Below, one piece after another: positions 28,639 to 38,565 of a stretch of 64,000 bases of DNA; positions within the stretch are counted from its first letter, which is position 1, and every line of letters starts with the position of its first letter. Both the position numbers and the translations under genes were made by a program. The stretch lies in the NCBI GenBank assembly GCA_965198005.1, contig CBDAOI010000004.1, forward strand, positions 1,600,001-1,664,000. The letters are read 5' to 3'. The notes beneath the pieces were generated by a model. It did not search any database and was not told the origin of the DNA. It saw nothing but the letters and a program-made list of their open reading frames with translations. This stretch comes from Spirochaetia bacterium (GTDB lineage: Bacteria; Spirochaetota; Spirochaetia; SZUA-6; Bin103).

Positions 28639-29571
28639 GTGAGCGACGCAGTCGAGGTACGATCCGCAGTAATCGCGTCAAAGAGACGTTCCCAGCTGGC
28701 CGAATTCTCTATAAGAATGGTGAAAGAGAAGCCGCTAGGTACTATCAGCGGGATTATCATATTGATATTGATTCTCGTCAGTATCTTTGCCGATGCTCTG
28801 GCACCCTATCCATACTGGGAAATGCACCTGGCAGACAGGCTGCAGGGCTCATCAGCCCAATATCTGCTGGGTACCGACCAGTTGGGGCGAGACTTCTTGA
28901 GCCGCATCATCGTAGGGGCTCGTCTTTCCATATTTGTCGGTCTGGCGGCGACCGCTCTCAATGTTGTGGTCGCTGTCCTGATAGGCGGCATTTCAGGATT
29001 CCTTGGTGGTAAATTGGACCTGGTTATGCAGAGATTTGTCGATGCCTGGATGGCTTTCCCGGGGCTGCTCATATTGTTGACCGTGATGTCCATAGCGGGG
29101 CGGGGTGTGTTGCAGATAATACTGGTCCTGGGGATAGCGGGAGGGATCGGCACCTCGAGAGTAGTCAGGGGCGCGGTTATCGGCATTAAAGAGAATGACT
29201 ATTTTCTGGCGGCCCCGGCAGTTGGCAGCGGCGGCACCGCGACACTGATGCGACACGTCCTGCCCAATATCATGCCTGTCTTGATCATCATATTCAGCAT
29301 CAGCGTCGGGGGGGTGATCATGAGTGAGGCCAGCTTGAGCTTCCTGGGATTCGGTCTGCCAGTCGAGGTTCCTAGCTGGGGAGGTCTGCTCAGCCGGGAA
29401 GGGCGCCAGTTCATGGAGGTGGCGCCGCGGCTGGCGATGTGGCCCGGTCTGTTCCTGACGGTGACGGTGTACTGCCTCAACATGTTCGGCGACGCGGTGC
29501 GGGATCTGCTCGACCCGCGGCTGCGGGGCGGTGGGGGTCACCTCGGGGCCGGCGGTGTCACGTCGGTTTAG
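28639..29571 (+). CDS. OppC/DppC permease
   Basis: Paralog of 4378-5301. Confidence 0.93.
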   Translation: MSDAVEVRSAVIASKRRSQLAEFSIRMVKEKPLGTISGIIILILILVSIFADALAPYPYWEMHLADRLQGSSAQYLLGTDQLGRDFLSRIIVGARLSIFVGLAATALNVVVAVLIGGISGFLGGKLDLVMQRFVDAWMAFPGLLILLTVMSIAGRGVLQIILVLGIAGGIGTSRVVRGAVIGIKENDYFLAAPAVGSGGTATLMRHVLPNIMPVLIIIFSISVGGVIMSEASLSFLGFGLPVEVPSWGGLLSREGRQFMEVAPRLAMWPGLFLTVTVYCLNMFGDAVRDLLDPRLRGGGGHLGAGGVTSV

Positions 29572-29902
29572 CCACCAACCTTGACGCCGCTCTGCGCTCC
29601 GAGCCCGGAGGTGGCCTTCACCGGGCCGGCAAGCGTCGCCGCAAACGCCGCACTCAACGACTCGATGTCGTCGGCCACATCAATGCTGCGGAGTCTCTCT
29701 CGGCTTGTCGCTGCGCGGTTGCGGATGGTATCTTTTGCGTTACCAAACGTCGATGATCGAGATCCGGGAGTACATCGACGCTGAAGGCCGTAGCCGGTAC
29801 TGCGCTCCTGCGGGAAAGCGAGGTCGCACCTAACCGACAAAAGCGCGCTCGCCGGCAAGAGCCCGTCGGCGTTTCACCGTCTCCAACTGGCAGGCGCGAA
29901 CG

Positions 29903-30075
29903 ATGCCGATGACCGCCTTCGCTGCCGGACTGGACCGGCCACCTGCTACCGCCGGCCAGCCGCCTCCCGAAGGGCTGAGCTGGACGCCCTTTACCTACCC
30001 GTTCAACATCACCGGCCAGCCGGCGGCCACCGTACCGTGCGGCTTCGACGCCGCCGGCCTGCCCATCGGACCCTC
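29903..30075 (+). pseudogene. Amidase C-terminal fragment
   Basis: [22 protein letters not shown]...GLPIG. Confidence 0.75.
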
Positions 30076-30408
30076 AAACTGCCTCAGACCTCGGCCACCG
30101 GTCAGTCGGCCGCGCCACTCGCGCGAAGCGCCGAAGACGCAGAAAAAAAGGGCCGAGCCGGATGACAGGAATTCCGACTCGGCACCACATATGGAGAAGA
30201 CGTATGAATATCTTCATCAAATAGAACAACCATCGGCGAGTTTTGTTACTCGGGGCGTGCATGCCGTTAGCCGAATCCTCCGAGCACAGGGTGGGCACAG
30301 GCGCTCTCACCTTGTCGTCTTCCGGATCTGCGCATCCGAGCTTGGCCTCGGTGATTGGGGCTTGGGAGGCTGGTGTGATGGCGGGCTGCTTGTGGTACCT
30401 TCCCCATC

Positions 30409-30789
30409 ATGCAGAGCACTGACAGCGCAGGCGTGACCAAGCAGGTCGACGCGGTTCCCCGCCAGCCGGTGGCAGCCGGCACCGCCACCGAGACGCACGT
30501 CCTGATCGGACCGGCAGATGGCGCTCCCAACTTCGCCCTGCGCCGCTTCGTCATGGGGCCGGGCGGAGGCATGCCGCGCCACACCAACGCGGTAGAGCAC
30601 GAGCAGTTCGTCCTCGCCGGGGCAGCGCGCGTCACCATCGGCGACACGGTGCACCAGGTGCAGGCCGGCACCGCCCTGTACATCCCCGCCGAAGTACCCC
30701 ACTCCTACGAGGTAACCGAGGCCCCGTTCGAGTTCCTGTGCATCGTCCCCAACCGCGAGGACTGTATCACCCTGACCGAACCACAGTGA
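30409..30789 (+). CDS. Cupin-domain protein
   Basis: [10 protein letters not shown]...GG.MP.H...EHEQFVL.G...YIPA..PHSY. Confidence 0.85.
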   Translation: MQSTDSAGVTKQVDAVPRQPVAAGTATETHVLIGPADGAPNFALRRFVMGPGGGMPRHTNAVEHEQFVLAGAARVTIGDTVHQVQAGTALYIPAEVPHSYEVTEAPFEFLCIVPNREDCITLTEPQ

Positions 30790-30900
30790 CTGCCGACGAT
30801 CTCTGCTTCCGGTGGTCGGCACGGTCCCGGACTTGGTCACGCACCTCTCGGTCGCCGTCTCGGCGCAGGCTGGCTGGTCGTCGGTCTCCCTCGGAGGACG

Positions 30901-31839
30901 TCAAAGCGAGGTGAGCGCTTCCAGGGTTTGCTGAATGTCAGGCGGGAGCGGGCCGGCCTGTGCGGCCACGACGCTCTCCTCAAGCTCCTCGGGTGTGGAC
31001 GCGCCCACCAGGATGGTCGCAATCTCCCGATTCGTCATCAAGAAGCGCACACTCAGCGCCGCAATCGAAACACCGGTCGCCCGGGCCAACTCGAGCAGGC
31101 GCTCATCCTGGAACAGCGCGCCGTTGACGACGCCTCTGCCAGGAATGGAAAAAATGCCGCCGATCACGTAGGCAATTCCCTGTTCACGAATGACCGGGAG
31201 CATCACGCGTGGAGAACGACGGTCCATCAGCGAATACTCATTGGCGGACAGACACATGTCGAGCCTGACCCGCCGCAACACGTGAGCCAGTGGCTCCGAC
31301 CGGTTGGTGCTGAGACCCAGGTAGCGGCAGAACCCCTGCGCCTTTGCCTCACGCAGGGCTTGCATCACCGGCGCGTTCTCGTAGTCGAGCGGCTCATCGA
31401 TCTCCAGCCGCTCCGTGTCGCTCGCATCCGGCTTCCAGAATCTTCTCTGCTCCATGTCGTGGCCCAGGAGCACGTCGACCCGGTCACGACGCAGAATCCG
31501 GAGGTTGTCTCGTACCTCCGCAAGACAATCTTCTACCGTGTGATCATACGCCTGCCAGGCACCGATCTTGGTCGCCAGCAGATGCGGCTTGCTGGTCCCC
31601 TCGAGCCCCTCACCCGCGATTCGCTGCGACTCACCCTGGCTGATCCACCGACCATCAGGGCCCCCGATGCCGTACAAAGGAGAGGTATCGAAATAGCTGA
31701 TCCCCAGATCAAGCGCATGTTTGACCGTGTCCAGCCCGTGCTGGTAGCTGTGCTTGTGGAGAGCGGCGCCACCCAGCCCGATGACGCTGACCGTCTCGCC
31801 GGTACGCCCGAACGGGCGCTGTTCCAGTGTCCCTGTCAT
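30901..31839 (-). CDS. Aldo/keto reductase
   Basis: R.FGRTG..VS.IGLG, YFDTSPLYG, LATK. Confidence 0.88.
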   Translation of the reverse strand: MTGTLEQRPFGRTGETVSVIGLGGAALHKHSYQHGLDTVKHALDLGISYFDTSPLYGIGGPDGRWISQGESQRIAGEGLEGTSKPHLLATKIGAWQAYDHTVEDCLAEVRDNLRILRRDRVDVLLGHDMEQRRFWKPDASDTERLEIDEPLDYENAPVMQALREAKAQGFCRYLGLSTNRSEPLAHVLRRVRLDMCLSANEYSLMDRRSPRVMLPVIREQGIAYVIGGIFSIPGRGVVNGALFQDERLLELARATGVSIAALSVRFLMTNREIATILVGASTPEELEESVVAAQAGPLPPDIQQTLEALTSL

Positions 31840-31936
31840 GGCAAGTCCTTTAATGCGTTCAAGCTAGCTAGGTGCAGGCGCACTCAGGTGTCAACACCGC
31901 GACACCGCGCAACGTGATCCGTGGTACGGTAGCACG

Positions 31937-33760
31937 GTGGGATTCCGAACGCGACCGGTGATCATGGGCCGCCGCGGCGTGGTGACCGCGGGTCACTACC
32001 TGGTGGCGTCGGCGGGGCTGCGGATCATGGTTGCGGGCGGCAACGCGATCGACGCGGCGGCGGCGATGGGCATCTGCGAGACGCTGATCGAGCCGCACAA
32101 CTGCGGCATCGGCGGTGAGGTACCGGCGCTCATCTACTCGGCGCGCGAGCGGCGGACCTTCGCCATCTCCGGCGTGGGGTGGTCGCCGGCCGCGTTCACC
32201 ATCGACTGGTGCCGCGACCACGGCATCGACCTCATTCCCGGCGACGGCTACCTGCCGGCGTGCGTTCCGGCGGTGGTCGGCACCTGGGCGGCCGCGCTGG
32301 CCCGGTTCGGGACCATGAGCTTCGCCGAGATCCTGCAGCCCACCATCGAGTTCGCCGAGCAGGGCTTCCCGGCGTACGCGTCGCTGAGCCGCCACCTGCA
32401 GGCGCAGCAGGCGACCTACACCGAGCGCTATCCGACCACCGGCGCGCTCTACCTGGCGGGCGGCGGCGCACCCGCCGTGGGCGACCTGCTGCGCAACCCC
32501 GACTTCGGCGCCATGCTGCGCATCATGTGCCGGGCGGAGCAGGCAGCGCGGGTCCGCGGCCGGGTGGCCGGCATCGAGGCCGCCCGCGATGCCTTCTATC
32601 GCGGCGAGATCGCCGAGCGGATCGTGCGCTTCATCACCGACCACCCGGTGACGGACGCCAGCGGTGCGCGGCACGCCGGACTCCTGACCAGCGATGACCT
32701 GGCCGAGTGGCGCGCCGGCGTCGAGCAGCCGGTGACGCTGCACTATCGCGGCCTGGACGTGCACAAGTGCTCGTCGTGGACCCAGGGGCCGGTGTTCCTG
32801 CAGCAGCTCGCGATTCTGCACAACCTGGACCTCGAGCGGCTGGGCCACAACTCCGCCGACTATCTGCACACCTGGGTCGAGTGCGCCAAGCTGGCATTCG
32901 CCGACCGCGAGGCGTACTACGGCGATCCCGCTTTCGACCGCGTGCCGTTCGACGTGCTGCTGTCGCCCGGTTACGGCGCCGCCCGCGCCGGGCAGATCGC
33001 CGACACCGCCTCGCTCGCCCTGCGGCCGGGCGACGCCGGCGGCGCGCTGCCCGAGTACACGGCGCGCAGCGTACTCGCAGACAACCGCATCGGGTTGGGC
33101 CGCGCGACGCATGCGGCGGCCACGGCGCCGAACTCCGACGCCGCCGAGTCACGCCCGGCGGACGCGGCGCACCGCGGCGATACCACCCACCTGGACGCCG
33201 TGGACGCGGAGGGGAACATGGTGGCGGCCACGCCGAGCGGCGGCTGGATCGGTTCGTCGCCGGTGATCGCAGGACTCGGCTTCCCGCTCGGCACGCGCGG
33301 CCAGATGTTCTACCTCAATCCGCGGCGACCCAACGCCCTGCAGCCGCGCAAGCGGCCGCGGGCGACCCTCACGCCCACCATCGTCACCAGGGATGGCGCG
33401 CCGTACCTGGCGTTCGGCACCCCCGGCGGCGACGGCCAGGACCAGTGGACGCTGCAGTTCTTCCTGAACCACGTGGTGTTCGGCATGGACCTGCAGCAGG
33501 CGCTCGACGCCCCAACCGTCCACACCGAGCACTTTCCCTCATCGTTCTACCCGCGCGCCGCGCACCCCGGCCGGGTGGTCGCCGAGTCGCGCCTGCCGGA
33601 AGCGACCCTCGCCGAGCTGCGTCGCCGCGGCCACGACGTCTGGCTGACCGGCGGCTGGAGCAACGGCAAGGCGCTGGCAATCCGCTACCACGGCGACCGC
33701 GGAGTGATCGCCGGGGCCGCCACGGCCAAGGACAACATCGGCTACGCCATCGGCTGGTGA
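31937..33760 (+). CDS. Gamma-glutamyltransferase family
   Basis: GGNAIDAA, GIGG, DTTHLDAVD..GN, FGTPGGD.Q. Confidence 0.92.
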   Translation: MGFRTRPVIMGRRGVVTAGHYLVASAGLRIMVAGGNAIDAAAAMGICETLIEPHNCGIGGEVPALIYSARERRTFAISGVGWSPAAFTIDWCRDHGIDLIPGDGYLPACVPAVVGTWAAALARFGTMSFAEILQPTIEFAEQGFPAYASLSRHLQAQQATYTERYPTTGALYLAGGGAPAVGDLLRNPDFGAMLRIMCRAEQAARVRGRVAGIEAARDAFYRGEIAERIVRFITDHPVTDASGARHAGLLTSDDLAEWRAGVEQPVTLHYRGLDVHKCSSWTQGPVFLQQLAILHNLDLERLGHNSADYLHTWVECAKLAFADREAYYGDPAFDRVPFDVLLSPGYGAARAGQIADTASLALRPGDAGGALPEYTARSVLADNRIGLGRATHAAATAPNSDAAESRPADAAHRGDTTHLDAVDAEGNMVAATPSGGWIGSSPVIAGLGFPLGTRGQMFYLNPRRPNALQPRKRPRATLTPTIVTRDGAPYLAFGTPGGDGQDQWTLQFFLNHVVFGMDLQQALDAPTVHTEHFPSSFYPRAAHPGRVVAESRLPEATLAELRRRGHDVWLTGGWSNGKALAIRYHGDRGVIAGAATAKDNIGYAIGW

Positions 33761-33812
33761 CGCCGGCTCGCGCCAGGCGGACGACGTGTTCTTTCGGCGG
33801 TACCAAGCTCGG

Positions 33813-34649
33813 CTACCACATGACGAAGCCGCCCGGAGTGTTGATGTCCTGCCCGGTGATGCTGCGCGCTTCGTCGGAGGCGAGGAACACGGCCACGGCC
33901 GCCGCGTCGTCCGAGGTGCCGTGGTCCTGCACGTAGCCTTCGGACTGCAGCCAGTGCCCGGCCAGCACCTTGTTGGCCGGTTTCGGGCCGGGGGTATAGT
34001 TGATGTAGGTGTCGTCGTCTAACGGTTGTCCTCGGTAGCGGGCGAGCGCCTTGCCGTTCTCGTGGTCGCGCGCCGCGTGCCCGCCCGGACAGATGGCGTT
34101 GACGGTGACGTCATGGCGGCCCACCTCGGCCGCCAGCGTGCGGGTCAGGCCGATCACCGCCATCTTGGTGGTCGCGTACGGCGCGCGGTGGGGCAGGGGC
34201 TGCTTGCCGGTGGGCGAGCTGAAGGTGATGATCCGGCCGCGGCGACGGCGGATCATCTCCGGCAGCACCGCCTTGCAGCACAGGAAGATCGAATCGAGAT
34301 TGATCGCCAGCGTCTGTTTCCACTCGGCCAGCGTCACCTCGTGCAGGTCCTTGGTGGGGCCGGCGATGCCCACCACCGGGGCCAGGATGTCGATCGTGCC
34401 GTACTCGGCCAGCGTGCGCTCGACCATCCGGTTGACCTGCCGCTCATCCGCCACGTCGGTCCGAAAGCAAAGCGCGCGGCTGCCGGCCGCCCGCACCGCG
34501 GCGCCGGTGGTGGCGTCGAGCTCCTCGGCCGGCATCAGGTCGCAGATAGCCAGCAGCGCGCCCTCGGCGGCAAAGCGCCTGGCCATGGTTTCGGCATGAC
34601 CTCGTGCGGCACCGGTAATCAGTGCGACCTTGTTCTCCAGTCGTCCCAT
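33813..34649 (-). CDS. Short-chain dehydrogenase/reductase
   Basis: ITGAARG, YATTK, VNAICPG, ITGQ. Confidence 0.9.
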   Translation of the reverse strand: MGRLENKVALITGAARGHAETMARRFAAEGALLAICDLMPAEELDATTGAAVRAAGSRALCFRTDVADERQVNRMVERTLAEYGTIDILAPVVGIAGPTKDLHEVTLAEWKQTLAINLDSIFLCCKAVLPEMIRRRRGRIITFSSPTGKQPLPHRAPYATTKMAVIGLTRTLAAEVGRHDVTVNAICPGGHAARDHENGKALARYRGQPLDDDTYINYTPGPKPANKVLAGHWLQSEGYVQDHGTSDDAAAVAVFLASDEARSITGQDINTPGGFVMW

Positions 34650-34729
34650 TGCATCTCCTGTAGCGCGCCGTCAGCCCGCAGCAGCCGGCCAATTGCGGAA
34701 CATTACCGTGCGGTATAGCCTCACGCACA

Positions 34730-35137
34730 ATGGTCGACAAGGTTGCGGTCAATACTACTATCGGCAAGGATTCCAGCTTCCAGGGCCGTTGTGCGGTAAA
34801 GGGCAGCCTGCGCATCGACGGCCACTTCGAGGGGCCGCGACTCGAGGTCGAACAGCTCTACGTCGGACCGTCGGCGCGGATCAAGACCGACCTGTTCGTT
34901 ACCAGCGTGGTGGTGGAGGGGGTGGTGCTGGGCAACATAACGGCCGACAACCGCGTGCTGCTGTTGTCCACCGCACGCGTCATCGGCGATCTGCGCACCC
35001 CGGAGCTGATACTGCAGGACGGGGTGATCCTCGACGGCCGCTGCTCGGTCGGCCGCATGGGCCGGGACAGCGCCCACCGTTTCATCGCCGCGCTGTACGA
35101 AAAACAGGTGGCCGCCCCCGAAGCTGCCGCGCGCTGA
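34730..35137 (+). CDS. Bactofilin (polymer-forming cytoskeletal protein)
   Basis: TTIG....F.G.....GSLRIDG.FEG, V.G.V.GNI.A, A.V.GD. Confidence 0.88.
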   Translation: MVDKVAVNTTIGKDSSFQGRCAVKGSLRIDGHFEGPRLEVEQLYVGPSARIKTDLFVTSVVVEGVVLGNITADNRVLLLSTARVIGDLRTPELILQDGVILDGRCSVGRMGRDSAHRFIAALYEKQVAAPEAAAR

Positions 35138-35241
35138 CCGTCACCCGCCGATGGTAGATCCGGCTACGCGAGCCGGCTCAGCAGACCCCGGACGAGCCGC
35201 TTGACATCGCGGGCTGCGTGCGGCACCTTTGGTTGGTAGTT

Positions 35242-35313
35242 GGCCCCTTCGTCTATCGGCTAGGACATGAGACTCTCATTCTCAAAAGAGGGGTTCGATT
35301 CCCCTAGGGGCTA
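35242..35313 (+). tRNA. tRNA-Glu(CTC)
   Basis: Acceptor GGCCCCT/AGGGGCT; anticodon arm TGAGA-CT-CTC-AT-TCTCA; GGTTCGATTCC; no encoded CCA. Confidence 0.95.
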
Positions 35314-35385
35314 ATCCAAGCGGGCGCTCGCTCAGGCTCGGCGCCTAGCCGCCGAATGCCCCGTACACGAGTTCGACGTGGCCGT

Positions 35386-36222
35386 TCACCACATCACCGA
35401 GCCGCCCTCCACGTTGAGGTCCTGGCCGGTGATGTGGCGCGCCTCGTCGGATGCGAGGAACACGGCCATGGCGGCCACGTCTTCGGGGGTGCCGAAGTCG
35501 TGCCGGTAGCCTTCAATGGCGGACCAGCGTCCCGCCAGGCTCGCGCCCTGGTTGGGTTGGTCCTCGGCGGGCGGCCGGTACTCTTTCTCATCGTACGGCG
35601 CGCCCAGGTATTCGGCCATGGCGCGCCGCAGTTCGCGGCTGCGCGCTTCATGCGAGCCCGGACAGATCGCATTCACCGTGATCCGATAGCGGCCGACGTC
35701 GGCGGCCAAGGTGCGGGTAAAGCCGATCACCCCCATCTTGGTGGTCGCATACGGCGCGCGGTGCACCAGCGGCTGCTTGCCGGTCGCCGAGCTGAAGTTG
35801 ATGATCCGACCCCGCCGCCGCCGGATCATCTCCGGCAGCACCGCCCTGGAACACAGAAACAGGGAGTCGAGATTGACCTGGAGCGTGAGGCGCCACTCGC
35901 CGAGGGACGTCTGCCAGATGTCCTTGGTCGGGCCGGCGATGCCGACCACGTTGCCCAGGATGTCGATGGTGCCGTACTCCTCGATGGTACGCTGCACCAT
36001 CGCGTTGACCTGCTCCTCGTCCGATACGTCGGTCTGAAAGCACAGCGCGCGCCGGCCGCACGCGCGGATTGCGGCGCCGGTGCTCTGTTCGAGCTGGCTG
36101 GTCGGGACGATGTCGCAGATCGCCAGATCGGCCCCTTCGCGGGCAAACCGCTTGGCGACCGCCTCGGCGTGACCGCGCGCCGCTCCGGTCACGAGCGCGA
36201 TCCTGCCTCTTAGGCGGCCCAT
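35386..36222 (-). CDS. SDR paralog of 33813-34649
   Basis: VTGAARG, YATTK, VNAICPG. Confidence 0.9.
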   Translation of the reverse strand: MGRLRGRIALVTGAARGHAEAVAKRFAREGADLAICDIVPTSQLEQSTGAAIRACGRRALCFQTDVSDEEQVNAMVQRTIEEYGTIDILGNVVGIAGPTKDIWQTSLGEWRLTLQVNLDSLFLCSRAVLPEMIRRRRGRIINFSSATGKQPLVHRAPYATTKMGVIGFTRTLAADVGRYRITVNAICPGSHEARSRELRRAMAEYLGAPYDEKEYRPPAEDQPNQGASLAGRWSAIEGYRHDFGTPEDVAAMAVFLASDEARHITGQDLNVEGGSVMW

Positions 36223-36414
36223 GCCGACCGTCCCGCGGCCGGCAGAGCAGCCGCCGGCAGAGCTTCGTACGTGCGCATACCGCGACAAAGAAAACAATAG
36301 AGCGGTGCGCGGGTCAACCCGTTTGCGTCACTACGTCACGCCGCGTCACCCCCCGATGCGCTTACCGGCGATTGACTGAAACCGGACCTCGTGCGATGAC
36401 GGCCGCACACGAGC

Positions 36415-37359
36415 ATGGCACGCCGCATCAATCGAGCGATCGAGCTGCTGGCCGACGGGGAGCCGGTCTACTACGCCGGCGGCCACACCGGGCTGGGGCG
36501 CACCTTCGGCAGCGTGCCGGCCGGCACGCTGACCGGCGAGCACTCTCCGATTCTGACCTGTGAGCAGGGCCGCACCGACGCCGGGCACTGGGCCGACTAC
36601 ATCAACGTCGGGTTCGAGCACGGCTCCTTCAATCCGGCCGGCCTCGATGACTATCTGCACGGCATGGTCGACGCCGGGCCGACCCGTAGCGGACACCGCA
36701 CGCCGGCGGTCATCGTCGAGGCGCCGGTCGGCGGGATCTCGCGCGAGATGGTGCGCTTCAATGCCTGGCAGTTCCAGCAGATCCTGGCGCGCGGGGTGCA
36801 CGGCATCATTCTGTGCCAGGCCACGGTGCCGGGGGCGGTGCAGGCGTTCGTGGAGGGCTGCCGCTACGCGGTGAACCGGACCGGCGTCGGCAAGGGGCTG
36901 GACGTCGGCTACCGCGGGATCGGCTCGGAACGGAGCGCAGCCCACGTCTGGGGCGTCGATGCCGATACTTACATCGCCAAGGCCGACCCCTGGCCGCTGA
37001 CCCCGGACGGAGAGCTGCTGCTGGGAGTCAAGATCGAATCGAAGGCGGCGGTGCCCCACGTCGAGGAGATCCTGGCCGTGCCCGGCATCATGTTCGCCGA
37101 GGTGGGACCCGGTGACCTGGGGCTGACCCTCGGCTACCGCAAGCTGCCCGATCCGTGGCCGCCGGAGATGGTCGAAATCGAGCAGCGGGTGGCGGAGGCC
37201 TGCCGGGCCAACGGCGTCGGCTTCCATCCGTTCACCGGCAACGTCGAGCTGGCCGACATCCCCGCCGTGATCGACCGCGGCGGCCGGTACTTCACCGCCA
37301 CCAGCGAGGAGTTGGCCAAGCTCGGCCGCGCCCATACGCGCCGCCGGATGCCCGTCTAG
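36415..37359 (+). CDS. HpcH/HpaI aldolase family
   Basis: FEHG, LARGV.GI, KIES..AV...EEILAVPG......GPGDL. Confidence 0.8.
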   Translation: MARRINRAIELLADGEPVYYAGGHTGLGRTFGSVPAGTLTGEHSPILTCEQGRTDAGHWADYINVGFEHGSFNPAGLDDYLHGMVDAGPTRSGHRTPAVIVEAPVGGISREMVRFNAWQFQQILARGVHGIILCQATVPGAVQAFVEGCRYAVNRTGVGKGLDVGYRGIGSERSAAHVWGVDADTYIAKADPWPLTPDGELLLGVKIESKAAVPHVEEILAVPGIMFAEVGPGDLGLTLGYRKLPDPWPPEMVEIEQRVAEACRANGVGFHPFTGNVELADIPAVIDRGGRYFTATSEELAKLGRAHTRRRMPV

Positions 37360-37365
37360 GACCCT

Positions 37366-38538
37366 TCAGGAAAGAAACACGTCCATGAACCGGTCGATCG
37401 CGAAGTGCTCTTCGAACAGGCGTTCGATCTCCGCGATCTTGCCGGTGTCGTATACCTGCAGCTTGGTGCTCTCGTAGATCCGGAACAGCCGCTCCTCGGT
37501 GGCGGCGGAATCTTCCCTGACGTACAGCGCCGGGACGCCGGCCCGGATCAGCGCGTCGCGCGCGCCCGCATCGACCGCCTCGGTCTCGCCGCAGGTGAGG
37601 ATCACTCCGGCGATGCCGCCGCGGCGCAGAATTGCCGCGTGATACTCGAGGATCAGGTGAATCCGCGGCGTCGAACTGGCGCCGATGATCAGGACGTCGC
37701 CCGGCCCCACGTAGTGCTCGATCTGTGACCGCAGTTGCCGCGCCGGCAGCGATACCAGCTTGACCGACATGCACGGGCGGCGCCAGGCGATCGCCTCCGG
37801 GTCGCCGAACGGCTCCACCTTCGGCAGCGCCCCCAGGATCACGCGCATCGAGGGCCGCGGCAGGTTGGGAATGACCGGCATGTAGCCGAAGATGTGCAGC
37901 GGCCCGCCGTTGGCGTGCGCGTAGCGCTGGTTGATCAGATCCTCGGTGATGTAGCGGCGCACCAGCTCCGCCTTTTCCGGAATCACCTTATTGATGATCA
38001 GCCCGCGTACGCGGCAGCCGTGATACAGGAAGTAGGTGAGATCGACGTCGATCATGTCCAGCGCCTGGCCGATGCCGGCGCCGGAAACGAAGATGGTCTC
38101 GGCGCCGAGCAGCTTCCCGACCACCGCGTTCGACAAGCCCACCACGCTGCCGACGCCGGGATGCCCCGACCCCTCGGCAATCACGATCCGCCGTCCGGCG
38201 AGATGCTTCAGAGCCTGGTCGATCTCCATCGACAGCGCGCGCGTGAGGCGCTTGCGGTAGCGCGAGTCGAGGTAGGAGCGGGTGAAGTTGCCGGAGAACC
38301 GGACCGGCGAAAGCTTCTCCAACGGCAGATCGGGGATCTGCGCGAACTCCCCGATCAACTCGACGTCCTTGTCCACCACGCTCGCGCCGTGGCGCACGAG
38401 CTGCTGGCCGACCGGCTTGAGGTAGCCGATCTCGTGCGCCGGGAGGTATTTGCGCAGTTGCGAGATCAGCCCGAGGCTGGTCACCGTCTTGCCCGCGTGC
38501 TGGCGGAAGCCGGTCAGATAGACGATGACGGGAGCCAT
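37366..38538 (-). CDS. Phosphotransacetylase N-terminal-like (BioD-like AAA + DRTGG) protein
   Basis: GKTVTSLG, GYLKPVGQ, EGSGHPGVGSV.GLSNA. Confidence 0.8.
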   Translation of the reverse strand: MAPVIVYLTGFRQHAGKTVTSLGLISQLRKYLPAHEIGYLKPVGQQLVRHGASVVDKDVELIGEFAQIPDLPLEKLSPVRFSGNFTRSYLDSRYRKRLTRALSMEIDQALKHLAGRRIVIAEGSGHPGVGSVVGLSNAVVGKLLGAETIFVSGAGIGQALDMIDVDLTYFLYHGCRVRGLIINKVIPEKAELVRRYITEDLINQRYAHANGGPLHIFGYMPVIPNLPRPSMRVILGALPKVEPFGDPEAIAWRRPCMSVKLVSLPARQLRSQIEHYVGPGDVLIIGASSTPRIHLILEYHAAILRRGGIAGVILTCGETEAVDAGARDALIRAGVPALYVREDSAATEERLFRIYESTKLQVYDTGKIAEIERLFEEHFAIDRFMDVFLS

Positions 38539-38565
38539 CGGCGTGAGCGCGGGACCGGCGCGTGC

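Noticed and set aside
35242-35313. Island integrated at tRNA-Glu or tRNA-Lys
   Set aside because: No duplicated tRNA 3' end or adjacent integrase seen
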